Assembly: GCA_028534125.1 (NCBI GenBank)
Contig: CM052818.1
Coordinates: 23,872,001-23,936,000 of the forward strand
Direction of reading: 5' to 3'
DNA length: 64,000 bases
DNA from: Lama glama
Taxonomy: Eukaryota
Every line of letters starts with the position of its first letter. The stretch's first letter is position 1. Of this stretch, positions 52,336 to 64,000 are shown one piece after another. The notes below the pieces were generated by a model, which worked only from the letters and a program-made list of their open reading frames with translations, was not told the origin of the DNA and ran no database searches. The position numbers were made by a program, and so were the translations under genes.

Positions 52336-53094
52336 ATAATACAATAATAACTGCATCTATTTTTATACTCGGTGAACTTTCTAGCATCCATAAAAGAGTT
52401 TCATATGCTTATGTGATTAGAATATGGCTTATACTCCATGTAGTCTGAACATTTCTTCCTTAGAAAAAGTCATATGTCATTGATTCAAGTAATTTCAGGT
52501 GGAAAAAGTTATATTCGCAAGAATGTTAAATTGGGTAGGTGCACCTGGAGGCTTAAAAGAAGCATATTAGAAATTAAAAAAATAATCTTACTTGTAACTG
52601 TAATGTGGGGAATATATACTGCTGATTATTTTATATAGTTATTGGTGCTATTCTGAAATGATTACTCTTCAGAGTCTTAATTCCTACCCTCCTCTGATGG
52701 CATGCTGGAACTGATTACACAAATATAAAATTTAACCTTCTAAGTCATATGTTTTACAAGTGCAGTTTAACTTTGGGCAATTACATTTAAAATTAAAGGA
52801 TTTCAACTGAAGGGAAATAGATTTAGAGAATGTATGAATTAAAAAAACTTTCATTTTGTTAAGCAGTATTTAATCAAATGGATGTATAAAACCTAAAACT
52901 CTGCATTTTTCTACCATTTCTCTTCTCTCTTCCACTTAAACAAGGCCCCTACATAATGATGGTCTTTGGAGCTGCTCCCTACGTGCTACTATTAACAATG
53001 CCTCCCCTTTCTTTGGCTGAATTGGTTTTACCTTTAAAATAGATGGTTTGAAATCAGTGCAGATCTTTGGCATACCTTTTCCTTAAGAAGAAAA

Positions 53095-54215
53095 TGTGTA
53101 TGGGAGAAAATATTTACAAAAGACACCTGTAATAAAGACACCTGCTATCTAAAATACACAAAGAACTCCTAAAACTTACCAGTAAGAATACACACAACCT
53201 GATTAAAAAAGAACCAAAAATCTTAGCAAACACCCCACCTAAGAGGATATACAGATGGGAAATAAGTACATGAAAAGATGCTCAACATCATATGTCATCA
53301 AGGAAATGGAAATTAAAATAATAATGAGACACCACTATGAACTGATTAGAATGGACAAAATCTGAAACACTGTCAACATCAAATGTGAATGTGGAGCGAC
53401 AAGAACTCTCATTCATTGCTGGTGGGAATGAAAATGATACAACCACATTGAAAGACAGTTTGGTGGCTTTTTACAAAACTAAATATACTCTTACTATGCC
53501 ATCAGAAATGTCAATCCTTGGTATTTACCCAAAGGAGCAAATTAGTTTAAAGCTTATGTCTACACAAACACTTGCACACAGAGGTTTATAGCAGCCTTCC
53601 TCATGACTGTCAAAACTTGGAAGCAACCAAGATAGCCTTCAGTATGTGAATGGATAAACTGTAGTATATCCAGATAAAGGAACAGTAAGCATTAAAAAGA
53701 AATAAGCTATCAAGATATGTAAAAACATGGAAGAAACTTAAATGCATATTACTAAGTGAAAAAAGTCAGTTTGAAAGGCTACATACTGTTTAATTCCAAT
53801 TATATGACATTCTGGAAAAGGCAAATCTATGGACACAGTAAAAAGATAAATGGTTGCCAGGAGTTGAGGAGAAGAGAGAAATGATTAGGTGGAGCACAAA
53901 GGATACTTCAGATGGTGAAACTATTCTGTAGGGTACTCTAACAGGGGATATGTGTTTTTATACGACTGTCCACACCCATAGAATGTACTATATCAAGAAT
54001 GAACCCTAATGTGAAGTACGGATTTTGTGTGGTAACAATGTGTTGATTTAGGTTTATGAATTGTAACAAATAAACCACTGTGGTCAGGATGTTGATAATG
54101 GAGAAGGCTATGCGTGTGGGATGGGGATACGGAGTGTGTGGAAAATCTCTGCACTTTCCTCTCAATTCTTCTGTGAATCTAAAACTGCCCTACAAAAAAA
54201 GTCTATTTTAAATTA
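53095..54215 (+). mobile_element. L1 (L1MB/L1MC-like) ORF2 end and 3' UTR
   Basis: 'catgaaaagatgctcaacatcatatgtcatcaaggaaatg...gaaaggctacatactg...ggaaaatctctgcactttcctctcaattcttctgtgaatctaaaactg'. Confidence 0.9.
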
Positions 54216-54347
54216 TTTATATTTTTTTTATATTTATATAGGCATATATGTTGGCCTTAAAGACTTCTAGCTGTGATGCGCTGGTCAATGTTTAACAAGC
54301 AGAAAGCCAAACAAACAGAAAAGGCAGTGATGTATACCATTTGTTGC

Positions 54348-54900
54348 TGTGGGAGAGGAAGATATTTTCCTCTACCCTTCTAGTTTCTTCTGGGTAGTCT
54401 AAGAATTAAATTGACATAAAACAAATTAACAGGAGAAAAATCACACAAATACTTAATAACATGAGAGAAATCCATACAGGCTGAATAACATGCCAAAATG
54501 ACCAAACTCTCAACTTAAATATCATTTTCAGCTAAAGACAAAAGAAGGTGTTGGAGTTAGTGGTTTGGGGCTTCAAGGGGAGGAAGCAATTGACACAGAG
54601 ATGGAAAAGCAAATGTTTGGTAAACGAATGCTTTCTGGGCCATGCAAAGACAGGGGGACCCAGTGTGAGCTCTGACTTCTTGGCCCTGCCTAGTTTTCCC
54701 CACCAAATATCGCTCATCTTCTTTGCAGATACCTCTGGTGATAGCTCTCTTACAGGCACAGGTCCTCTGTCTAAATTATTTAGGCAATTAAGGGGGAGGT
54801 AAAAAGACTTCCTGAGTCTTCTGTTTCTTAAAAATAGTCAGTCTAAATTAATCTTTATGCCAAAAACACACATTTTGGGGTGGCAAATTTTGCTCCCTAT
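54348..54900 (-). mobile_element. MER34-family solo LTR
   Basis: 'tgtgggagaggaagatattttcctctacccttctag' to 'cattttggggtggcaaattttgctccct' is antisense to the LTR termini seen at 51.5-52.1 kb. Confidence 0.75.
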
Positions 54901-55004
54901 GCTGATTTCCATGGTGCAAATACTTTTGTTTTGGCCAATTTCTAGATATCAGTATGACATCATTGAATGGGAAGAGATACACAGTAGCACACAATTTGAT
55001 GGTA

Positions 55005-55216
55005 CAGTTAACCCTTGAACAGCATAGAGGTTAGGGGTGCCAACCCCTCATACAAAACCTACATAGAACTTTACAGTCAGCCCTTTATATCCTTGGTTCT
55101 ACATGCAACGATTCAAGCAACTAGACTGTGTACCACCGCAGAATGTATTTATTGAAAAATACCCACATATAAGTGGATCCCCTCAGTTCAAATCCAAGTT
55201 GTTCAAGTATCAATTG
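55005..55216. mobile_element. Tigger2-derived MITE
   Basis: TIRs cagttaacccttgaacagc / gttgttcaagtatcaattg flanked by TA dinucleotides. Confidence 0.85.
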
Positions 55217-56081
55217 TATTTTCACCAACCTTTTGTATGATACAACAATGCAAATAATTTCGAGAGCATAGAAAATGGTAAAATGTAGCAAAACAATTAG
55301 AAAGTGATATGTTTTGAGTATTATTTCTACTTTTAATATAATTGATTTAATTTTACATTTATATGATTTAATTTTAAATAATGTCTATGTTAAACAATTT
55401 GTTCACAAAATTACTGAAAATTTAATGATTCTTCTAGGCCAGTACATCTGGTTCTAGCACACCACTGGAAAATCTAAATAATAATATTATTGTTAATTAA
55501 TTTTATTACTAATATTAATTATTAATTAATTTAATAGAGGGAAGTACAAACAACTGCACTGCTGGGTGTACAAAAAGAAGGTTGCCTGTCATTCCAGTTC
55601 TACAAATTGCAACCCACTGTCATTGCTCACTGACAGTGCATCCTGAGGGGGACTCAGAATATAAAGAAATAGGATGAGGTATTCTGTGCTTTTGAATATA
55701 TAGGCCCCTAGATAGTTAAGATGCACACCTAGGGGAGAATTTCAATGACCCCACATTCTTGCATCTTCTCATAGATAGAAATGCACCAAAATTATTAATT
55801 TGAGATAGCTATTCTTTAAAATTAGCAGTAATCTTTCAATGCTTCACTACATGTATTTCCCAGCCAAAAAATTCATATATATATACATATATATATATGT
55901 ATACACACACACACACATATACACACTGAATCCCCTACTTCTATCTCTTTGGAGTAGTTCCTCAGAACTATATGAGAGACTGTCTTCTGGGTATTAGTCT
56001 TTAGTAAGGTCCCTGAATAAAACTGAAACTCACTGCTCTTACATTGTGCTTTTTTTTTTCTTTTCTTTCAATCAACAGTTT

Positions 56082-56099
56082 TGATGACCATGAAGGGAC
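56082..56099 (+). promoter_or_regulatory. Retroviral primer-binding site, tRNA-Arg type
   Basis: TGATGACCATGAAGGGAC vs TGGCGACCACGAAGGGAC (complement of the tRNA-Arg(TCG) 3' end, from memory): 15/18, two differences are CpG decay. It lies 4 nt after the LTR end. Confidence 0.75.
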
Positions 56100-57639
56100 C
56101 CAGAGCTGCCCTCTCTCTCATCTGAACTCTGTGAGGATCTGGAGCCTTGGTACCAGCAAGGGCCCCTCGTACATGTCCACCTCCTCAGCAAGTCCAGACA
56201 AATTTGGATGAGTCTCTCTTGGTCTCAGATCTCCCGTCTTGGTTAATAATCCTGAGTTTTATTCAGTGGTGGATAAAAAATGTGCCCAACTACTTAGTTG
56301 AGAGATACTGAGAAAGTGCCTTGCTGAGAGATGCTTTCAGGGAGTGCCTGGTTGAGAGATACTGGGAAGATTTTGCTCAGTTGAAAGATACTGAGGAGGT
56401 CTGAACTGGGTGGTTAGGTAAGGGGTACCAGATAACATCTAACTAATACCCCAGAGGGTAGTTTATGTATATACAGAACTTACACTTGTAAGTACTTACT
56501 TAATTAGGAACTAAGGAAATCTCACCCTAAACGTGGCCAAGAGGGGCTCTCTTTGATATTCCGAAACTGGTTTTTGCATATACAGTTAGAGGAATCTGGC
56601 TTGATAAACAACTCTTCAAAATTCTGACTCTAAGAGAATAAAGTCCTTCTAGGAGGGGCTTGCATTTCTCTGCCTGTGCCTTTGTGATATAAATGTTCTA
56701 CCAAGGCTCTCAGGAACTCTATCTTTCTCTTATATAGACCATCTCCAATTCCTGAGACTGTAAAAAAAAAAAAAAGTAAAGAAGCCTTTTTTAAACTCAA
56801 GAAAGTAAACTTAACTTATTCCAACAGATATTTATAAACTAGTGAGTTTTACATTATAATACTGATTTATGACTAAGTTTTAAAAGAAGCTATGAGATCT
56901 CTAGTTGTATCTGTCTATATGTCTGTGTGTACATTATAGATATGGTATGTCTCTACCTCCAGATGGTATTCCAAAAATCAGTTTGTAAATGAGCATTGGA
57001 TTATACTGAATTCCTAAAAATCTGGTATGTCCTGGTATAGTGTTACCAGCCATAATTATAGTTATTATCTTAAAATATTATATATGTCACAGAAATAACC
57101 AAGTATTTTTGATGGTTGTATTGTAATCAGATCATTAATCATGGCATTTTAAGTTTTTTGTCATTTATAGACAGTTATTATTTTATGTGATGCTTTTGCA
57201 AAATACTTCATCTTCAAGAAGAGCCATAGAAAAGACTTTTTGACAAACACAGGTTTCTGATAACTTTCATATATTACCACTGAATTGAGTAAGAAATCAA
57301 ATGGTTCTAGTGGAAAAGCATGGCTCCATAAAACTGTTAACAGAAGATCAAGATCAACAAGAATTAGTTACATAGGGCTGAAAGATAATTTTCATGACTT
57401 TTTGTCTAAAATATTACTGGCTTTTCATCTTTGTTTTCCAGATACAAAGAAACTTTCCTTCTTAAGCTATTTATGACATGGCAATTTGGCAAAGTGTTTG
57501 GCAAAGTCTTTTTAAACAGAATTGAAACATTTATCTTTTCTCTCTATCTCACTTTAAACCAATGCTCTAACAGAAAAGAAAGAACACTCATGCCAGGAGG
57601 AGAAGATTATGTCAGAAGTAGACAGCTATCCCAAGAAGC

Positions 57640-58500
57640 CAGACCTGACTCATATTATTTATCACGTTTTCTTGATTCCTTGGACTTTTGCAAGTGAATA
57701 AAAAAATTTTTTTTCTATCACGAACATAATCCTTTGAAAATTTCAGAAATCAACCCAATTGTTGGATTTGTGGTCAATTACCTACATCCACTACTTCTGG
57801 TTTACCTTGGAGAATTTACCTTCTCTGAGACTCTGATTGGATAGCCCTTAGAAAATTTATTTTAGAAAAAAGAAGTTATAGTTCTGTTTTGGCCACTATT
57901 GATACTACTAGATGAAATCCTCTCACTTGGCCAGTCAATCATACTTGCTCTGACCATGGCCATGAATATGAATTTTTTTTAAGGTCACTCAAGCTCAATC
58001 AAAGCGGTGAGCTAAATTTCAGTTAAAGAATATAACTTCCCAATTACTCGAATGGGCCCTCCCTCAGATATGGGATGGATTTTTATGGTTAACACCAGGT
58101 CATGGTCATCTAAGTTTAAAGGCCCTTCTGTTGACAACAGTTAAATCATACTAAAGGCAATCAGCTTAATTAACACTAGGAAGTTGGGTTCGGTGCCTTA
58201 TCAACCATGCCATCAAATAATTCTCTTTAAAGATAGTGATTGGTATGAAACAGATTGGGTCAGATCATCGAGGATATACTGGGCCATACCTAATGGCAGT
58301 TCTTGGTTTAAACTATTACACATGACCTTGTTAATGCTACCAGATGTATTATTTATATTCTGTCAGTTTTATAAGATTTTTGTTTCTTTGTGTGACCTAG
58401 CCTGACAAAAATAATTATGACTATGTGACTTGAAACAATTGACCAAATAAATAGTTCTATACAAGATCAAATGACTACAAAAGTGTAAGTCTAGATATGA
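57640..58500 (+). pseudogene. env: Decayed gamma-type retroviral env remnant, internally deleted
   Basis: Translates to 'SFENFRNQPNCWICGQLPTSTTSGLPWRI' (CWIC at 57760-57771), 'QIWDGFLWLTPG' and 'YWAIPNGSSW', then a hydrophobic anchor-like segment. Several stops and frameshifts. Confidence 0.8.
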
Positions 58501-60412
58501 GGAGAAGCAGCAGGAGGGAATGATTTCCTGGACCATAACAGACTAGTACCACAGGTGGTTTAGAGGCTTTGATGGCTACCGCTTACAGGGTAACAGCACA
58601 GTAATAGCACGCTGAGCCACCTGTCAAGGGAATCCTCACTCTACCTAGAAATGAGACTCCCAAACGCCCTGGGGTAAACTGGTCATGAAAGGCTTCCCAA
58701 ACCTCACTCACATTTATGACCAACAGGGAGCACTTTAAACAAAGAACGTTATCCACTATTCCAGTTCTACAAGGATTAAGTTGCAGCCCACTACAGTTGG
58801 CCACTCACAGTGCACTATGAGGGGAATTCAGGCTAGCAAAAAACAGGATGAAGCATTCTGTGCTTTTGGATATACAGACCCTAGATTGTTAAAATGCTTA
58901 CCCAGGGACGAATTTCAATGATCCCAGATTCTTGCATGTTGCCATACAAAGAAAAGCACTAAAATCATGAACTTGAGATGTCTGTTTTGTGATTAGCAAT
59001 AATCTTTGTATGCTTGACAACGTGTATTATTCCAGACAAAATTTCATAGGTATACTGGCTCCTCCTCCACCTCTTTAGAGCAGGTCCTCAGAGCTATCAG
59101 AGAGGCTGTCTCTTGGTCTATAGCCCTCAGTAAGAACCCTGAGTAAAACTGAAATTCACCGTTCCTAACATTGTATATTTTTTTTGCAGACAATAGGATA
59201 TTAATAAGCAAGACATTGTTTAGGATTCTGAACTGTTAATACTTCTTAAATACCAAATGAAATAATTTTCTTTATCCTTAGTATGTTTATACATCACTTT
59301 AGCATTAATAAATTCATCATGTTTTTGCACATGCATGAGGGCCGCTATGAAATTTTTGGACTTTGAGGACCCCAAGACATCTATATTAGAAAGAAGTTTG
59401 GTTTTTAACACCTCTCTAGTCTCTGCCAAATCACCTAAGTTATTTTTTTAATATTCATAGCAGCCTTTATTTCAATAACTGAACTTGAAGTAACTAAAAG
59501 CAAAGAAGTTTATCAATGCAGAATAAATTTTAAATCTTAGGTTCTAGTGTTCATTTCTTGAATGCAATATTTTTATGGTCATTGAGAGGATATTTTCATT
59601 AAAATTAAATTTTCAAACAAAAATGTCTAGGAAGATCTCCTTCCCATTTATCAAATATCCACATCCTGCCTTTGCACCTGGACAGAGTCTCCCAGTAACG
59701 GTACTGTCAATCCTTTAGCTTTATGATACTAAAAACACATAGCCAGTTCCTTTATTGTTTCCTTTGTGTTTTTTTTTTTTTTTTGCTTTTGAATCAGGTT
59801 GTGTTGGAGGTCATCTCAGCTATCAATCTCATCTACCCTCAGCATGAGCCTCTGTTTGTGTGTGTGTGTGTGTAAAAATTATAATGCATGTGCCTAATAG
59901 TAATTTCAGCTATATTTTTTGGAGCTAGGTGAGTTATTAAATCACTGGGCTTGACTAAAAATTATTTTACAAGAAGATGCAGTACACCCAATTGGATTTC
60001 AGCTACAAAAAGAAGAAAATGCACAACACTTTCATTCCCTTCAAGATAACAGGTAAATAAAAAAACAAAACAATAGAGGGGATTAGGATAAAAGAAATCA
60101 GAAAAATACATTTTCTTTCTAAAAATGCTGGATTGGCACCAGATCTTGAGAAAGTCAATTTAGTGATGTTTTTTAATTCTCAATTTTATTCTAACTGACT
60201 CATCTTATCAATCAATAGCTGACAATACATATTTTTTCTATAATCCATGCATTAGATTTTTCTTTCTTGGGAAGGAAATAAAGATATTACTATTGAAGTG
60301 CTCATATCACCTAATACAATCAAGAATGTTTACAGCAACTTTAAATTTGGGATAATTAAGGCTTTGTAACTTATCTGCTGTTCAACATTCACCTTTGTTT
60401 CCATTTAGACAG

Positions 60413-60921
60413 TGTGGTAGACAGCTCCAAGGTGGTCTCCAGAGATTTCTGCCTCTTGGTACTGATGCTGTCTGTTGAGTGTGGGCTTTACCTAATGACT
60501 GGCTTCTAATAAACAATGGACAACAATAATGGCATGTCACTCTTGTAATTAGATTACAAGAATGCTGTTGGGTTTTTTTCCCCTTGGACTTCCATCTCTC
60601 ACTCTTTGGCTCACTCGCTCTGCGAGAAGCCAGCTGGCATATTGTAAGCTGCCCTATGGAAAGACCTACATGGCAACAAACTATTTGTAGCCAACTGTCA
60701 GTGAGGACCTGGGGCCTGCCAACAGACATGTAAGTGAGGTTCAGGGCAGATTTAGTAAGGGCTCACAGCTAAACCTTGGGATGACTGCAGCCCTGGCCAA
60801 CACCTTGAATACAGCATTATTAAGACTCTCTGAGCCGGAGGCACCCAGATAAATACTTCAATTCATGATCCACAGAGCTGCCAAGTTTATGATATCTGTT
60901 ATTCAGCAATAGATTATTATA
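60413..60921 (+). mobile_element. MLT1F-type MaLR solo LTR
   Basis: 'ggctcactcgctctgcgagaagccagctggcatattgtaagctgccctatgga...gatgactgcagccctggccaacacctt...cagcaatagat'. Confidence 0.85.
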
Positions 60922-62390
60922 TTATCAGATTTCTACTTTTCCAATAAAATTCCTGTCAATTTGTAATTTTTTGTTCAAATTCTATTCTGTTCTGCCAATT
61001 AATATATATATATATTATATATGTATAAATATATATATATATAAACCACAAGTCTAGGGAAAATATCTGCTGTCATACTTTTTTGGTACTCTTCTATCTC
61101 CCATTTATCTTATAAACAGTATATTCTTTAAATATAAAGGAGATTGGGGGTTTCAGGCTAGCGTTTTTTACTTCACCAAGAAACATCAGGTTCTCTCAAA
61201 GAATAACAATCTGGTGACAAAATATATTTCTTTTACACAGACTAGCATAGACATCTGCATAAACCATTGCTTTTGTTAATTACAGAAAAGAATCAATAAT
61301 AAAGTCAATTACTTTAAATCATATTGGCATCCCTTTGCCAAAAAAAGATTTAATTAAAATTTGCATCCAATAATAAACAAGACCTTTAATACAGAAAGGA
61401 AAATTGAACTATGTTAAAAAGAATACTGGATAAGTTCTGAGTCAAGCTGTGAAATCCTTTCCATAAGACAAAAACTCTTAAGAAGACATGAGTGGATTTT
61501 TACTGGGATACACAGTTTCTTGAAGACATGCATTTTGATTTTTTCTCCAATCCTGCCCCAGTAAAGTGCAGTGGAAACTATGCACAGCAGTGGTTATACG
61601 CTTTTAAATGTCAGTTTGAAGCATGTATGAAATTATCTAGCCACATTTGAATATTTTGTGGGAAAAATGTGAGAAAAAATTTACCTATTTATACACCGTT
61701 TCTAGAGAATTTGGTTCTAAATTTAAAACTGTAGCATACAGACCTTTTAGCTACTTTGAACTGCTCTCAAAATGAAGCTCCCTGGCAAATGAAAGGTCAT
61801 ATGAAATAGAATTACAGGGTAAAAAGTTCCTTCAAGCACCTTGCGACACAGTCTTAATTTAGAAGTTCTTCCTATAGGTACATTCTTAGATGGAAGTCAG
61901 GAAAAGTATTTTGCTAAATGTTTTCTAGTAATAAAGAAATGAGTGGTAGAGAGAAGCCCAGAGGCAGAAACTTTAGAAGGAAATACACTTTCCTTAGTTT
62001 TGCCCTCCAAAAGAGACCTTTTCAACATCTTGCAAGGAGGATAACATTATTTTTTTGAATGAGATTTAATGAAAGCTGAATATAATTTTTAAGCATGTTT
62101 CTTACCACAAAATATTTATTGTTTGAGGAATGTATTTATATACTTAATATTAACAAGTCTTTTTATGACCAAACTGATTTGGTCAGATCAAACTGATTCA
62201 CAATTTCCAGTCTTACTAAATTTGATTTTTTAATGCTGCTCTTTAGTGTAAAGATATTTATTATGGGATATCTGGAATCATTACAAAAGATAGATGATAG
62301 TATGAAATAAAATTTATATTTTATGGCAAGACAAGAAAAATTTAAACATAAAAAATTATTCCTGTGCTTTGGCTTCCTCTCTCCCCACAT

Positions 62391-62759
62391 TGTTCATTGG
62401 GTATCTGCATTATGCACTGACCAAACCTCCCCAACTGGCAAGAATACCTGCTCAACCATCAAGAGCAACATCAACAAGAGAACTTCTTAAAAGATAACAT
62501 TTGCTTTTGATCTTGTAAGGGGTCACATGACCCACCAAGATAATGCCTAGATCTGGATTATGTAAACTGTCAATAATACATCATTTGATGTACAGCCTTC
62601 TGTCTCAAAAAACTTACAAACCTATGCATTGATTTCTAACTGGCAAAAACAGTTATCAGGGCTTTCTGAGATTCTCTTCCTGGGTTATAATCTTCAAATT
62701 TGGCTCAAACAAAAATTTTCATTTCTTTCTTAGATCAACTGATTAATCTTTCATCAACC
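62391..62759 (+). mobile_element. Solo ERV1-type LTR
   Basis: TG...CA ends. Its 3' part 'cagggctttctgagattctcttcctgggttataatcttcaaatttggctcaaacaaaa' resembles the R/U5 of the provirus LTRs. Confidence 0.55.
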
Positions 62760-64000
62760 ATAGTTAAATAAATAAGTATCAGACAGATGGGTGACAGATA
62801 TATCTCCATCTGTATCTTTATCTCTTTCTACCTATCATATAAAAGGTATTTTAACCTTACAAATATACTTACAGACCTAGGACTAATGCTGATGACGTAA
62901 ATTTTTAATTAAACATTTTAGCATTTTTTCTAAGATTTGTCAAGGGTTTCTTTATTATAAAAAATAGATTTGATAATATTTTCAAATATATGGAAAGTTC
63001 TCAAGAAAACTTAAATACGTGGAAAAGAATTCTGGCAGAACAAGAGTTATGAAAAATACAATGATTAATAAACTCTTCAGAATATTCAATGTATTCAAAA
63101 TAATATCTCTTTTAAACTTGAAACACAATTTAGTTTGTCTTGAAACATTCAGGCAAGTTGCAAGAATATACATTTAAATGTAACATTCAGTTACATTTCA
63201 ACATAAGTTGCAATAATATATGTTTTATATAATGTTATAGCAAGTAAGGATAAAACGGGAAAAAAAATTTTATCTGATTTACAATCACTGTTGTCTACCG
63301 ACATTATTTTTTTTCCAAAAAAATTCTTTCTTATTCAATACTAATGGCAAAACTTATTTTTCACCTGAGGTTTAAATGTCAAAATAAACTTTCCTTTAAA
63401 CTGGTCTGACTTTCTCTGAAGGCTTTTTCACTCCAGAACGAATGGCTGTGACTGTAAATTCAATTGATTTTTTAAAAAATCTAGTACTTAGAAAAAAAGA
63501 AATAAGAAAGCACCAGGACATTTGACAACAAATTATTTGCTATATAGTGCTTAAAAGGAATGATTACTCAGTACCTTGAAGGGAAGTACTTAATGGACAA
63601 AATGACCCAAGAGGAACTGAAAACACAATCTACAAAGCCAGAAGAAAATCTGCTGTTTTGGATAATGTGACAGAAATAGCATTACTTGGAAGAAATTATT
63701 TTTACCTAATCCAAGTTAACCTCTGAATATTTCATTTTTGCTTCTTCAGAGAAAATACTCTAATTTCAAAATACAGCTCTCACTTTATCTTGACTTATAA
63801 ATTATTTATCTAGTTCAACTAATGAAAATGTTTAAGCATGTTTGATTTAAAGAAAACATACAGTAATTTTGAAGTAAGATTATGTTACTTTAAAACAGAC
63901 TGTTTAAGAAAATAATCTTTCTGCAAGCTAATGTTTCTGGGCATAAGATCAGAAACTAATTGCTTTAAAGTTATTTTCATTCCATCATGGCACCTCAAAT

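Larger units (their letters stand above)
54270..55467 (-). mobile_element. MER63-type element split by an LTR and a Tigger MITE
   Basis: Ends 'tgtgatgcgctggtcaatgtttaacaa' and 'ctggttctagcacaccactg'. The body is the reverse complement of the copy at 25.6 kb. Confidence 0.75.
55567..59192 (+). mobile_element. Non-autonomous ERV1-type provirus (5' LTR 55567-56077, internal ~2.65 kb, 3' LTR ~58734-59192)
   Basis: Two direct repeats share blocks such as 'ttccagttctacaa', 'attctgtgcttttg', 'gaatttcaatga' and 'taaaactgaaa'. PBS follows the 5' LTR; env remnant and a purine tract precede the 3' LTR. Confidence 0.88.

Noticed and set aside
57640..58500. Functional syncytin-like captured env
   Set aside because: It has multiple stops and frameshifts and lacks the fusion peptide, ISD and CX6CC.
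62166..62185. Short hairpins of 7-8 bp (also near 2488, 37856 and 39357)
   Set aside because: Stems this short are expected by chance in 64 kb of AT-rich DNA.
1..64000. CRISPR array or prokaryotic operon/defence system
   Set aside because: The sequence is mammalian repeat-rich DNA with no repeat-spacer array and no gene-dense structure.

Overview
AT-rich, repeat-dense mammalian non-coding DNA (intergenic or intronic) with a 500-N gap at 15337-15836. The source is probably a camelid: two copies resemble the tRNA-derived Vic-1-type SINE and there are several young L1 3' ends. I found no intact protein-coding gene, rRNA, tRNA or CRISPR array, and the longer ORFs that can be interpreted trace to repeats, the N-run or a telomeric array. 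The left half is dominated by L1, L2, MIR and DNA transposons, including a full-length Tigger1. The right half (47-63 kb) is LTR-rich and holds a two-LTR, non-autonomous ERV1-type provirus with a tRNA-Arg PBS and an internally deleted gamma-type env remnant. The most unusual structure is at 38.6-40.3 kb: a ~360-bp inverted duplication of partly unique sequence encloses a degenerate interstitial telomeric array and has a 23-bp tandem duplication at its inner junction. This looks like a fold-back/telomere-addition repair scar that could form a dsRNA stem with a G-quadruplex loop. There is also a near-perfect tail-to-tail L2 hairpin with pre-miRNA geometry (35609-35689) and a fold-back palindrome inside an old L1 5' region (7926-8083). 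Repeat family names come from remembered consensus sequences, not a database search. Boundaries are approximate unless a TSD or TIR is cited.
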